NCBI GenBank assembly: GCA_020137815.1
Contig: CM035354.1
Coordinates: 3,286,001-3,350,000, forward strand
Source: Hormiphora californensis
Taxonomy: Eukaryota > Animalia > Ctenophora
Direction of reading: 5' to 3'
Length of the DNA: 64,000 bases
Shown: positions 1 to 11,185 of the stretch, one piece after another
How the letters are laid out: each line of letters opens with the position of its first letter
Numbering within the stretch: position 1 is the first letter of the stretch
Position numbers and translations under genes: made by a program
Notes under the pieces: generated by a model
What the model was told of the DNA's origin: nothing
Seen by the model: the letters and a program-made list of their open reading frames with translations, nothing else
The model's database searches: none

Positions 1-223
1 CTTTTTACACCTCCTGTCAACTTCTTCCCTCCCACTCCCCCAACCCAGTAGTTACAGTTTACCACCCCCCCCAGTGGAGCCTGATTGCACAACGTTCAAA
101 CAAAAAACTTTTTACACCTCCTGTCAACTTCTTCCCTCCCACTCCCCCAACCCAGTAGTTACAGTTTACCACCCCCCCCCCCCCCCCAGTGGAGCCTGAC
201 TGCACAACGTTCAAACAAAAAAC
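1..223. repeat. Tandem duplication of a ~108-bp unit (2 copies visible, may extend left of the window)
   Basis: CTTTTTACACCTCCTGTCAACTTCTTCCCTCCC...CAACGTTCAAACAAAAAA starts at 1 and again at 109; the copies differ mainly in poly-C length. Confidence 0.85.
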
Positions 224-288
224 TTAAGAACAGAATAGCCGTTGAAAATTTCAGGGTTTTGTTCTTAAAGTAAAAAGTAAATTTGTTA

Positions 289-354
289 TACGGGATTTGA
301 ACCTTGGACCTCACGTCTCAAAGTTAGGCGCTCTAACCACTCGGCCATTACGGA
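289..354 (-). repeat. tRNA-derived sequence (SINE head or tRNA pseudogene)
   Basis: Reverse complement reads TCCGTAATGGCCGAGTGGTTAGAGCGCCTAACTTTGAGACGTGAGGTCCAAGGTTCAAATCCCGTA, with a Pol III A box (TGGCCGAGTGG) and B box (GGTTCAAATCC). Acceptor and anticodon stems do not pair cleanly. Confidence 0.6.
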
Positions 355-1084
355 GATAGATTTCTAAAATTCTTAGGGGACTTATACCCGATCTGTGTCA
401 CTAAAACGCAGTGGACCCATAAAAAAAAACAAATAACTTTGCCGTCAGTATGTATCGACAGAGTTAAGATGTTAAGTCGAGAAACACTGGATACCCTCCA
501 AAAACCCCCCTACTAAAGGTTAAAACAACGTAAGACACGCTAACACCCTCCCCCATCCCCTAGCTATCTCTAGGATCACCATCCGAAAATGGCAGTCAAA
601 TCGAAACGCTATCAACGCGTTACAGAAGGGGACACAGACCCGACACTATCACTTCTGCTGTCTCTGATAATACTTGCTACCGTGTACACAAGCATGGAAG
701 AAGCGACAACGCAAACCCCATTTCCGACCCTCCAAGACAAAGGAGTGCAGACCCACGAATCGGGACAGACTATCAACACACACGGTAAGAACATACCCCC
801 CTGTCTAACATACATCAGTCAACTAACTAAAACCCCCTACCTCGTCCCCAAACATATAAGTAAACATGTTAAGAAATAACATTAAATCTTGGTCATAAAT
901 AGGGTGCACATCTGTAAGGCGCGAAGCCCCAGCCCAAACGAAAGTCCATACTCCCTGAGCGCGGATAGGCACGCGCGATAGGATTACATAGAATCTTCCA
1001 AGAACAAAGCAGTGACGTAATAATTCTAGAAAGTTACCCCTGAAGAGGGAGAGCAATCCTAATATTAGGTACCACTTCTGTTTT

Positions 1085-1551
1085 ACTGCATTCTTGTGTG
1101 TGTTCTGCTTTCACAATGCTCGGTTAGTATACAAAGACCTAGACTAGACATAGAAAATAAACTCTAACAAAGTAACACCCTCAGTAAACTCCATTGCTTG
1201 CAATATTCCTCTAAATCTTCCCTGACCAGACCTTACAAACAAAGACATTCTTGGAATTCATAAAAGAAACCAAAAAGCTTGAAAATAAAAATACCGGGGC
1301 GCCCCCCCTCACTCCTCACCTTGTCATGGGGTAGCCCCGGTCCTCACCCATCTCACAACAAACCCACCGAGACGCCTCACGGCAACTCGACATCCCGGTG
1401 GTAACCAAGTTCTTCAGTCCATTCATTCACGTGCACTTGTAACCCCCAGCGGTGGCTAATCCCAAACCCGGGAAGCCTTCCATGGTCAACCGTGGGCCCC
1501 TAACAAAGGCCCCAAAATGCACCAACCGCTTTCAACAACAACAACAACAAC
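1085..1551 (+). mobile_element. Degenerate 3' end of a non-LTR retrotransposon with (CAA)n tail
   Basis: Broken remnants resembling a LINE ORF2 C-terminus (..FLEFIKETK..), then a structured 3' region ending in (CAA)6 at ~1533-1551. Inference; no intact ORF. Confidence 0.35.
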
Positions 1552-2060
1552 CCTATGTACGGTGGATCATAATTATCGAGCCACCCAACTAAGTATCAAC
1601 TCTCAGATTGCTGAGTGAGGTTCACAAAAGTTTTCATAACCCTCCATAACATAAATGTATCAAAATTAGTATCAAAATCTTTGCCATGCTACGGCCCCGG
1701 TGTGAGAGCGGACAGACTGGGAACATGTCAACAAAATCTTATTATTCAATACAAAAAGGACCCAAACTTGATTCACCGACGACCAACCTTAAATCGTCGT
1801 CAAGAATCACATCCCTCAATATGATATCTTTCTCTCTCCCCTTTAAAGATTTATGGGATCACATATGTGCACATGCCGCACACTGCACTGTATCCCAGTC
1901 TCTCTTTCACTTTTTCTCTCTCGAGTCTCGGATCACATATCGCATTTTTGCTCATGTTCGGTATCTCCTTCTCCATCTTCCTTTCTGTGGCTCACATCTC
2001 ACACTGTGAATTGTGAGCGACGGTCCCTTTCGCCCGAATGCCGAATTGCATCCTCTAGTA

Positions 2061-2853
2061 TAGTAGAGTCGATAACTACATCGACCTCTCCCAATTGTTC
2101 CAGTTTTTGTCACATCTGTTTGGAGCCTCGACACGACCTCTAAACAGGTGTTACTTTTTCACAAACTGTTTTCATCTTGGTGTAATCAGCAGTTGAAATG
2201 TTGTTGATCATAACAAAAACCTAACTATTTTTTTTCAACTTGGGGTAAAACCATGGGTGTCAAAAGTTAGCTCTAGGTCCCCTGAGTAACCATCCGGAGA
2301 CTCTAAGAGATATTTCAAGCCGTTCTCCCGTAATCATTAATCCCGGTGGAGAAAAAAATACAATGCGGACGTACGTGAGCGCTGGCAGGCTGTTTACATG
2401 TTATTGTATGTCTCTCACTCTCTCTGGAAAAACCGCACGTGCGGTTGCGCCGCGCGAGATAACTCTTTCTCAAGGGGGAGAAAAGAGAGAGACGCACATT
2501 AACGTTATACATTAAAGTTGAGGTTGTAGGCAATTGCACGTACGTCCATACTCAAATATGTGCTCTACCGGGATTAATGATTACAGGAGAACGGCTTCAA
2601 ATATCTCTTAGAGTCTCCGGATGGTTACTCAGGGGACCTAGAGCTAACTTTTGACACCCATGGTTTTACCCCAAGTTGAAAAAAAATAGTTAGGTTTTTG
2701 TTATGATCAACAACATTTCAACTGCTGATTACACCAAGATGAAAACAGTTTGTGAAAAAGTAACACCTGTTTAGAGGTCGTGTCGAGGCTCCAAACAGAT
2801 GTGACAAAAACTGGAACAATTGGGAGCGGTCGATGTAGTTATCGACTCTACTA
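2061..2853. mobile_element. Non-autonomous DNA transposon (MITE), ~290-bp TIRs, Academ-like termini
   Basis: 2061-~2348 is the near-perfect reverse complement of ~2566-2853 (TAGTAGAGTCGATAAC...GTTATCGACTCTACTA). GTA flanks both sides (3-4-bp TSD). TAG...CTA ends with a 3-4-bp TSD fit Academ; the superfamily is inferred. Confidence 0.85.
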
Positions 2854-3197
2854 GTAAGTAAAATTGAAAATAAAATTTCACCTTTTTGATAGGAGAAATA
2901 AAAGTTACCACAAATTAATCGCTTCACTTTTAAAGAGTAAAATTTCACACAAAGACCTCTCGAAGTTTTTGAATTTTCACCAATTGGTACAAATTCGCTG
3001 GTTGCTAATGTTACCAAAACGTAGGCTGTGAACACTGTGTGCAACTAAATTTTGGTAGACATCACCATCATTCTCAATCTATCAATATACGAAGCCTCAT
3101 CTATATTGAACAATATTGGACGTAGACGGTGAATGTAAAGTACGGCATATTAGTGGAAAGCTCGGCATTTCTTAGTTTTTTTGAAATAATATAGTCT

Positions 3198-6100
3198 CTA
3201 GGTTTTCCTCGGTCGAAGGAAACATGTGACTTCATTTTTCAACTTCATCGGTGCAACATTCTGATTGATCTCGGGTGGGTTCTCCTTATCAAACCTCTGC
3301 TCAACATCGTATCTTTTTGCTAACCCCGAAAGGGTCAGCTTCATCAGCATCATAGCTAGATGCTTGCCAATGCATCCTCGGGAACCAGCCCAGAAGGGGG
3401 TATAGGAAAACTCAACAGGGACAAAGTCTTTGGTCCACCTATCAGGGTTAAAGGTGTAGGGATCCGTCCAGTATTCCTCATCGTGATGCATCACGTAGTG
3501 ATTGTACGCAATCCGGAAACCTTTGTTGTAAATTTTGTAGCCAGCAAAGTCATGCGAGCCGTCTGCATTTAATGGTTTTTCTCTCCTGAAAAGTGAGAGA
3601 GGGATGTTAGATAAAAAGAAATAAATTCACATACGTTACCCACTAACTGGGCATGGGGATCTTGGAAGTTAAGGGTGTTACCAATTTAGGTGCCGGCAGG
3701 CACCTCCGACCCGAAGAAAACAGAAAAAACGAAAAAAAAATTTTTGCCCCTGCACCAAATCCAAAAAGTGACGGCCCTATATAGCAGAAGAATAGAAGAT
3801 TTTCGGGGGGGGGGGGGGGGGGCAAATTTCAGGCAGCGATTGCGGCCACATCGTTTGAGATATCGACCTGAAATTTTGTAGGCATGTTCTAGTAGTATAA
3901 CTACGTGTCATAACGTGGCCGGATTTTTGATTTTTTAATTAATTAATTAATTATAAGCTATCAAAATTTGCCCCTGCACATTGCCCCTGTACATTTTGAT
4001 TTTTTGCCCCTGCACGCGTGCCCCTGCACACGGTTTATCTTCCGTTCTGCTTGAAATATCGACTTGAAACTTTGTAGGAATGTTCTTCAATCATAAAAAA
4101 TGATATTCGAAAAGTGGGAGTATTGAAAATTAATTAATTAATTAGTTATAGGCATGCAAAAATGGACTTTTTTAGGGCCCCCTGCACTTTTTTTGAAAAT
4201 GTACAGGGGCAAATACCCCTGCACATTTTTTGCAATTTTGATATTCAAACTGTGGCCAAACCGTTTGTTTTTTCGAAATGAAACTTTGTATGCATGTTCT
4301 AGTAGTATAACTACGAGTCATAAAAAGGCTGGATTTCTTATTTTTAATTTAACTAATTAATTATAAGTAATTAAAATTTTGCCCCTGCACCATCTTTCCC
4401 CTGCACCGCTGATTTCGACCCCCTGCACATTTCCTGAACAAGGCAACTAAAAATGGTATATTTTCTGTTCTGCTATAAATAACGACCTAACATTTTGTAG
4501 TAATGTAGTTCATGCATATAGAAAGATTGACAAAAAGTGGGAATAGTCAAAATTAATTATCCAATTAATTATAAGCAATTAAAATTTTGCCCCTGCACAT
4601 TTTGCCCCTGTACATTTGCGGCAAATGTTGCCCCTGCACATTTTCGGTAAATTTGATATTCGAACTGAGGCCACACCGTTTGATATTTCGAAATGAGACT
4701 TTGCATGCATGTTCTAGTGGTATAACTACGAGTCATAAAAGAGCCGGATTTCTGATTTTTTAATTAATTAATTAATTATAAGTAATTAAAACTTTTGCCC
4801 CTGCACAATTTTGTTTGCCCCTGCACAATTTTTGCAACTTTGATATTCAAACTGTGGCCACACCGTTTGAAATTTCGAAATGAAACTTTGTATGTATGTT
4901 CTAGTAGTATAAATACGAGTCATAACGGAGCCGGATTTTTGATTTTCTAATTAATTAATTAATAATAATCAATTAAAACTTTTGCCCCTGCACAGTTTTG
5001 GCAAATTTGATATTCAAACTTTGAGCCTTTGTGAAAGTTTCATACAGATGCTGGCGATAGACTCGATAGAGTTCGATTAATTTACCATGACAACGGAGTT
5101 GGTTACCATAGTAACCAGGGAATTCGTTGTAAAATAGTCCTTTCTTGCTATAAACTCGGCATTTAGATCAAATTTGAGCACCTCTAAAACAAATAAGAGC
5201 ATTAACTTAATTAATGATTAATTAACGTGGTGAGATACAAAATTGATTTTATTCTACTCGCACTAATGCAAGGGCATTTCACAGTTTGGTGCCGTTATTT
5301 TTGTCTCTATTTTTAATAGGATTTTGCAACTTAGTTTGCCGGTTCGACAAACTAAACCCCTATAATTCCAACTTCGGGTCGGACGAGGGGAAGCTTGCCT
5401 TTTGCGATCATAATTACTGTAGCAGTTAATTAATTTATTATTGGGATTTGCTATTGCATATTCCCTGAATAATACTTTGAAACTAACAAACAGGAACCGA
5501 CCGAAACAAGTAAACAACCAATCAGAACTCGTTATTTAGGTCACGTGACTGGTTATCAGCCAATCAGGGACCAGTATTTCCTGATTCGGTCGGTTCGGGG
5601 TTCCTGCTAACAAAAATACAAGTTACTTACTGACTGGAGGTTCTCAATCCCCTTAGCAAGGCAGGTGCCATTCTCATCCCCTCCAAGATGCACTTTTCAG
5701 TATACTTTAGATTCCTCAAATCCCGATTACTCTCCACCTCCACCTCCCGCAGCTCTTTAAACATCCTCTCTTGGATCGTAGGATATTTTTCTAATATCAT
5801 AAACAGAGTACAGGTCTGTTTAACCAGATTGTCTGTCACCAAACATACCGTCATAATGTCATCCACAACTTTATCGAACACCATATTATGCTTTAACAAC
5901 GTGTTGGTCTTTCCAGTCAGTCTAGATGCGTCTATCAAATTTGCCACCATATTTTGCCTATCAGACAGCTGCCCAGATCGCATATCCTTGGACGTCTTTT
6001 TGACAACTTCCAGACTTTCCTGTCGAAGCTCCTTAACAATATCAATTACACTTTGCGCCTTCATTTGGGTAAACTTCTTATAGCTTATCAACGTTTTGGT

Positions 6101-6757
6101 CTCTTTAATTGAGATCTCGTTTAGAATCCTAAGTGTCATGTCAGCCACTTTCTGCGGCTCAAGAGGATCATCCATTCCTAGTGATTGCAAGAAGTGAACG
6201 TAGGTTACCGCCATCAAGTCATGGAAATCCACTACTGATCCCTTCGCTCCAACCTTCTCGTGCCACATATCCATAATTTGTCGATCCAGATGTTCCTTGC
6301 ACTGTGGAAACAGAGCATCCATGTTGGTCTTTGAGAAGAAATGGCTCATTGCCTTCCTCTTGATGGCCCAGTTTTTGCCATTGCCCGAGAGGATACTGGC
6401 CGTCCCGACCAACTTCTGTCCTCTGATGGCCCTGTTCGGTAGATCCATTGCCTTTCTGTACACGTCAACGTTAGTGGCCAGTTCTTTAAGGACCACGGGG
6501 TCGTGTGTGATCATCAGGAGGACACTATTCATAAAGATGCAGTAGTTCTTGCCTAACGCCTTACGCCACTTCATAACCGTGTCCAGGAGGGCGTTATTTG
6601 CACGTGCTTTGTTGAGCGTGTACACGTGTCCAACTATCCAGCCATCCAATGGTGGTGTGGGAATGTGCCGGTTGTCCCATTTTAGTTTTGCACTACACCA
6701 GTATCGCTTACCAAAATAGATACCAACCAGTGCGGATAGGGTCAGTAACAGGTACAT
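3198..6757 (-). CDS. Cytochrome P450, CYP46-like, ~504 aa; exons 6757-5631 and 3585-3198
   Basis: N-terminal membrane anchor and Pro-rich hinge (HIPTPP), ExxR (EGMR), PERF-like (FNPDRW) and heme motif FWAGSRGCIG. The GT-AG intron 5630-3586 joins the two ORFs in frame (phase 2, CA|G). Confidence 0.93.
3643..5310. repeat. ~1.7-kb repetitive element in the P450 intron with degenerate ~190-210-bp tandem subunits
   Basis: Recurrent TTTGCCCCTGCAC, GTTCTAGTAGTATAACTACG (~3885, ~4296, ~4710, ~4898) and TTAATTAATTAA motifs. Ends are approximate. Confidence 0.7.
5491..5606. mobile_element. hAT-type MITE (116 bp) with 8-bp TSD
   Basis: TIRs CAGGAACCGACCGAA...TTCGGTCGGTTC(GGGGTTC)CTG; identical CTAACAAA at 5483-5490 and 5607-5614. 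Confidence 0.9.
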
Positions 6758-6820
6758 AATTAACTGAGGAGAAGATATTGGTATTTAACTCTAGCCAATT
6801 ACTAACACAATAACACACCC

Positions 6821-7281
6821 CGATCCTGGATCGGTTTTGTAATTCGGGTATCCCAGGTAGGGTAGCGACTGGCTATTTGAAATGGCGGATAATTTGAAAC
6901 ACCCCCTCTACAAGCCAGCAGGTGCGCCAGATTTGGATTTTTAGACATCAGTGGGCTTGGCATGAGTTCTGACTAGCCCACTGATGTCTAAAACCCCAAA
7001 TCTGGTGCACCTGCTGGTCTGTACAGACCAGCAGGTGCACCAGATTTGGGGTTTCAGACACCTCTACATAGAGGGGGTGTTTCAAATTAGCCGCCATTTC
7101 AAATATCTAGTCGCTACCCTACTCACCAAGATAACGTTTTAGATATCACAAAATACAATAGCAACGGCCAGGATAGTAACTAGGATAGGCTCCAGGTCAA
7201 ACAGGATGCCATATCCGGTATACTATCATTTCCTGGTTGATATCTGGGATACCCGAATTACAAAAACGATTAATAGGATCA
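6821..7281. mobile_element. Nested inverted-repeat elements immediately upstream of the P450 start
   Basis: Outer IR TTTTGTAATTCGGGTATCCCAG / CTGGGATACCCGAATTACAAAA. Inner IR element 6858-7122 (GTAGGGTAGCGACT...TTTGAAATGGCGG / CCGCCATTTCAAA...AGTCGCTACCCTAC) contains further internal palindromes. Confidence 0.75.
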
Positions 7282-7391
7282 CGGTGATCCTGGTTTATGA
7301 ACGACTGTTAGTCTAATACATGATATAATTCACCAAGGCTTGCAAAATGTAGCAAAAAATTTCTCACAAATTGTTTGTTGGTCTTATTTAA

Positions 7392-7746
7392 AGGTTGACA
7401 AGATACCTAAAACTTTTCGTTAATCGTATTTTTTCGATTTATCAGGAGTTTTAAGCATTTTTTCAGATTTTTTTGTCGTGTAGAAAAATATTCGAAACAG
7501 GGCGCTTTTCAGCGCCGCGCCCCAATTCTTTATAACTTTGGCTGCTAAAAAAGTATAACGCGGCTGAAATCTACCCTGGAATATACTTTTTCAGCAGCCA
7601 AAGTTATAAAGAATTGGGGGGGGGCTGGAAAGCGCCCTGATTCGAATATTTTTCTACACGACAAAAAAAAATTGAAAAAATGCTTAAAACTCCTAATAAA
7701 TCCAAAAAATACGATTAAAGAAAAGTTTTGGGTATCTTGTCAACCT
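7392..7746. mobile_element. Kolobok-like MITE with TTAA TSD
   Basis: TTAA|AGGTTGACAAGATACC...GGTATCTTGTCAACCT|TTAA with ~165-bp inverted arms. AG...CT ends plus a TTAA target fit Kolobok. Confidence 0.85.
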
Positions 7747-8805
7747 TTAAAGTAAAATTTAGTACGGTCTATTATAACCAAACGAAGAATTCACAAGGGC
7801 GATTAGACTACCATTGGTAACCATAAGATACGCAAAGATTCTGGGATGATTATTCAATCTTGAGGACCGTATATCCATCAAAGCGGCTTTGACAAAGCCA
7901 CCCCTGGGAAAATGACCAATGTCCTCAAGATTTAATACACTGCATTTTCAAGATAATATAAAGCTAGCATATGCCAGATATGATAGCCTACCCAACATCG
8001 TGCCCCTCATTATAACCCTGTACACGTGAGACTCCCACTCACTGTTAGTCTCAATATAATACCCGTGCATAAATATCTACAGCATATTGAGATCGTCAAA
8101 CTGGCAGCTTCTAGACCACAAAGTTATCGGTGTTTTCTCAGTCATCAGGTTAAAAGGCTACTTCCGGCAACATTTCAAAATTCCGGAGGTGAAATTCTGT
8201 TTTCAAGAGCTCACCAGGCAGAGGTCGAATAACTTAACAGCCTACTAAGTGCAGCAGTATTCGACGGTTGCGTTGGGATATTGGGATATTGGGATAATCT
8301 CATCATACAGAGACCTAGTCGATCAATGCTGCATAATAATACTAACAAGGCTATATTTGACTATCGAGTATACTGCTTTCACTCAGCAGCACAAAATTAT
8401 AACCAGTAGGTCAGTTAGCTGTATAGCTTCGAAATTCTGGAAGTTTTGTGCGGTCCCCCATCTTAGCCCACTGAACGAATCTTTTAAACACAGAGTTTTC
8501 TTGTAACTGGTTAACTGAATAAATTAAAAACATATATTATTTCAGATAACAGTCCCCCGACAATCGTCAAATACAACCCAGAACACAGTTTCACTAAGAA
8601 AGCCAGAACGAGCATCTTCACCACAACCTATACTAATCATTTTGTGACGCACTATCACCAGATGTTACGCATGTTAGAATGAGTGTTAGAATGAGTGTTA
8701 GAATGAGTGTTGTACGATTTGAGTTAGTGGGTGGGAACTGGGACTCGTTGACTATAATTATAGCCGCACGGTATTATTTTAGAAAAAACATGACGAATAC
8801 TTATA

Positions 8806-9520
8806 TATGAAACCCGATAGCTGATTTAACAGTCGTTTGAACATTTTTGATTTTGCGCGCTCATGATAACCGCCAGCTGGGAGATTTAACACCCTGCTCG
8901 CGTTTTAACAGTCCCGCTCTCTTTTTCACGCATTTCTCTTCATTTGAATAACGTGCGTGTAAAATTCCGAGAGTTGAAAATGTGTGTAAACACTCAATAA
9001 CGACAACAACAGAGAGGGGAACACATTTGCAACACTTTTTAATGTTATCTCTCTCATCAAGAGGCAGAAGAATCGCGGCTCCCGGACTCCCGACCGAATG
9101 GACGCATGACCGAATGAAATTCAATCCACCTTATCTCTTAACCCCTAACCCCTAACCACACCCCTAACCCCGACCCTAACCCCCACCCTAACCCCACCCT
9201 AACCCTAACCCCACCCTAACCATTAACCTAAAACGTAGCCCTAAAACTTGGTCGGTCATGCGTCCAGTCGGTCAGGAGTCCGGACACCAAGAATCGCATT
9301 CCATTCGTTTCTCTCTCTTATTTTCTCTCTCATTGTTAAACATCTCTCACTGTGTGCATTGGCCCCAATCTTGCTCTCTCTTACTCAAATATGTTAGGAA
9401 CAGTAGACACTAAGTCTACACACATTTTGAGGGTGTCTGTTGACTATTTGCCAGCAGTCCTAGTGAGTTTCACCTTGTTTTGTGTCTCTTATTTGTGTGT
9501 AATTGCTATCGGGTTTCATA
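8806..9520. mobile_element. Probable non-autonomous DNA element with 16-bp TIRs, host of a nested MITE
   Basis: TATGAAACCCGATAGC at 8806-8821 and GCTATCGGGTTTCATA at 9505-9520. Confidence 0.55.
9077..9288. mobile_element. Mutator-like MITE (9-bp TSD) with internal degenerate (CCCTAA)n
   Basis: Perfect AAGAATCGC duplication at 9068-9076 and 9289-9297. Imperfect TIRs CCGGACTCC..GACCGA.TGGACGCATGACCGA / TCGGTCATGCGTCCA.TCGGTC.GGAGTCCGG. CCCTAACCCC-type repeats at ~9138-9230. Confidence 0.85.
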
Positions 9521-9688
9521 AACTATGAAAGTTTGTTAGCCTATCGCGTTATAGGTTTAAATCACCTCCCCCTCACCCTCGGCTGGCGCCTCGGGATCGG
9601 CGTCGTGATTTAAACCAGTTGGCTGTCCCCAGCTCGCGCTGAGAACAGCCAACTTGATCATCGCGCCAGTCTACAAACTTTCATAGTT
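9521..9688. mobile_element. Small inverted-repeat element
   Basis: AACTATGAAAGTTTGT / ACAAACTTTCATAGTT ends, with an internal CCTCGGCTGGCGCCTCGG motif. Confidence 0.55.
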
Positions 9689-10720
9689 CATTTACATTTC
9701 TATGATACAGGATTGAAACTCCCTATTTCCCTTTGTTCTGACATTCAACCGTCCTGGGCTATATTAAATCACCGGCGTGTTGAATGTCAATATGTATTAC
9801 AGTAACTACTATAATAACAGCTGTTCTTGCTGATGAGAATTGAGAAAGATAGAGAGAAAACAGAGAATTGGAAAAGAAGGAAAAGGGAGAACACCCAATA
9901 CATCTCAGAATGGTTGCCCCCCCCCCCCCCCCCCCCCCCCCCCGCGTACTGCGAAGGTCTACCGTGCTGCCGCTTGTATTTAATATGTTATTTCACTACG
10001 TCACAAATAAGCATCCAATTGAACTCTGAAATGTTTCAGTTTGGTTTACCGAGCCTCTTCTCGGCCCAATACGGTAGACTCCATTTGATGCCACAGTTGA
10101 TATCATTATTTTAATTTGCCTAGCTCGACTTGTATTGTTCATACTATTATTTTTTATTTTAGGGAGGTGCAACAGCACAAAGCTCGACCCTCTTTCCAAA
10201 TGTAAAGGAGGGTTAGATTAGAGTGCGTTCTACACATCCTAAAAACGATGGTAAAATGACTCTGCGTGGGGCGTGACGCCACTCCCGTGGACTTCTGTGT
10301 GCTGATTACTACACATCCTAAAAACAAATTATAATTGCTTGCTTGGCGTTAATTGCTTGCTTGGCGTTAATTGCACAGATGAAGAGTCGGTGTAGTGATT
10401 AAAGACTCCATGTGTTGGTTGAATGTCAGGAGACATGGGATTTGTATACTGGTCTTGCTGATTAGTGTGATTATCTAATACATCAGATTTAATATGTCGG
10501 CTATGCTTTTGCTCTTATATTGATGATCTAATACTATGGGTCTCACGTTTGGCTGTCAGATCTAAATAGAAATATGGATCTCACGTTTGGCTGTCAGCTA
10601 CTACTGCGATAATGATGGCAATTTGCCAGCGACAGCCAACCGTACCTTCCGAGTCAAGTCTGTGACGCGCGGTTCAATACTTCTGGACTGTTGCGCGCGT
10701 GATTTGGACCGCGATGAGCT

Positions 10721-10810
10721 CTCAGCCAATCAGAGTGCAGCAAGGACAGGCTTGTGGACTTGTGATTGTTGTATAAATATCGCTACCGGAGCTTGCTTTG
10801 TCATTTCTGG
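10721..10810 (+). promoter_or_regulatory. Putative Argonaute core promoter (CCAAT - TATA - Inr)
   Basis: CCAAT 10726-10730, TATAAATA 10772-10779 and TCATT initiator at 10801, with canonical ~30-bp TATA-Inr spacing. A candidate 5'UTR intron runs from a donor at ~10857-10861 to CTAAC...CACTAG at 11173. Confidence 0.6.
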
Positions 10811-11185
10811 AGTTGTATTTTCCAAGACGTTGCCCTTTTTGAACCACCATTTGCTGGTAGGTCAGCCCATCTTAGTTGCATTTGCTTGCTTAGCTTTCTA
10901 CATTTCTACTTGCTTTAACAATTGTACCTACTCCTCTATTAACTCAACAACCCATTAGTATATCAGTCCTCAGCTCTTGCTTGCTTTGTTCAAACTTTTA
11001 TTGCGAATTGCAGTCTAGCTTGGCAATCCTCTTGCCTTGTGTGATTTGGTTTCCGGTTTTGTGAAATTATCGAACACCCTGATTCAGTGAATTCAATTTT
11101 GATCTATCTTTAAATCTAATCCCCATCTTTTCTTGACAATTGTCCAGTAACTAACCATCTGTCCCTCCACTAGCAAGCTACCGAT

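Noticed and set aside
289-354. Functional tRNA gene
   Set aside because: A and B boxes are present but there is no convincing acceptor or anticodon stem; treated as a tRNA-derived repeat.
9138-9230. True telomere or chromosome-fusion scar
   Set aside because: Short, degenerate, and enclosed by TIRs and a 9-bp TSD.
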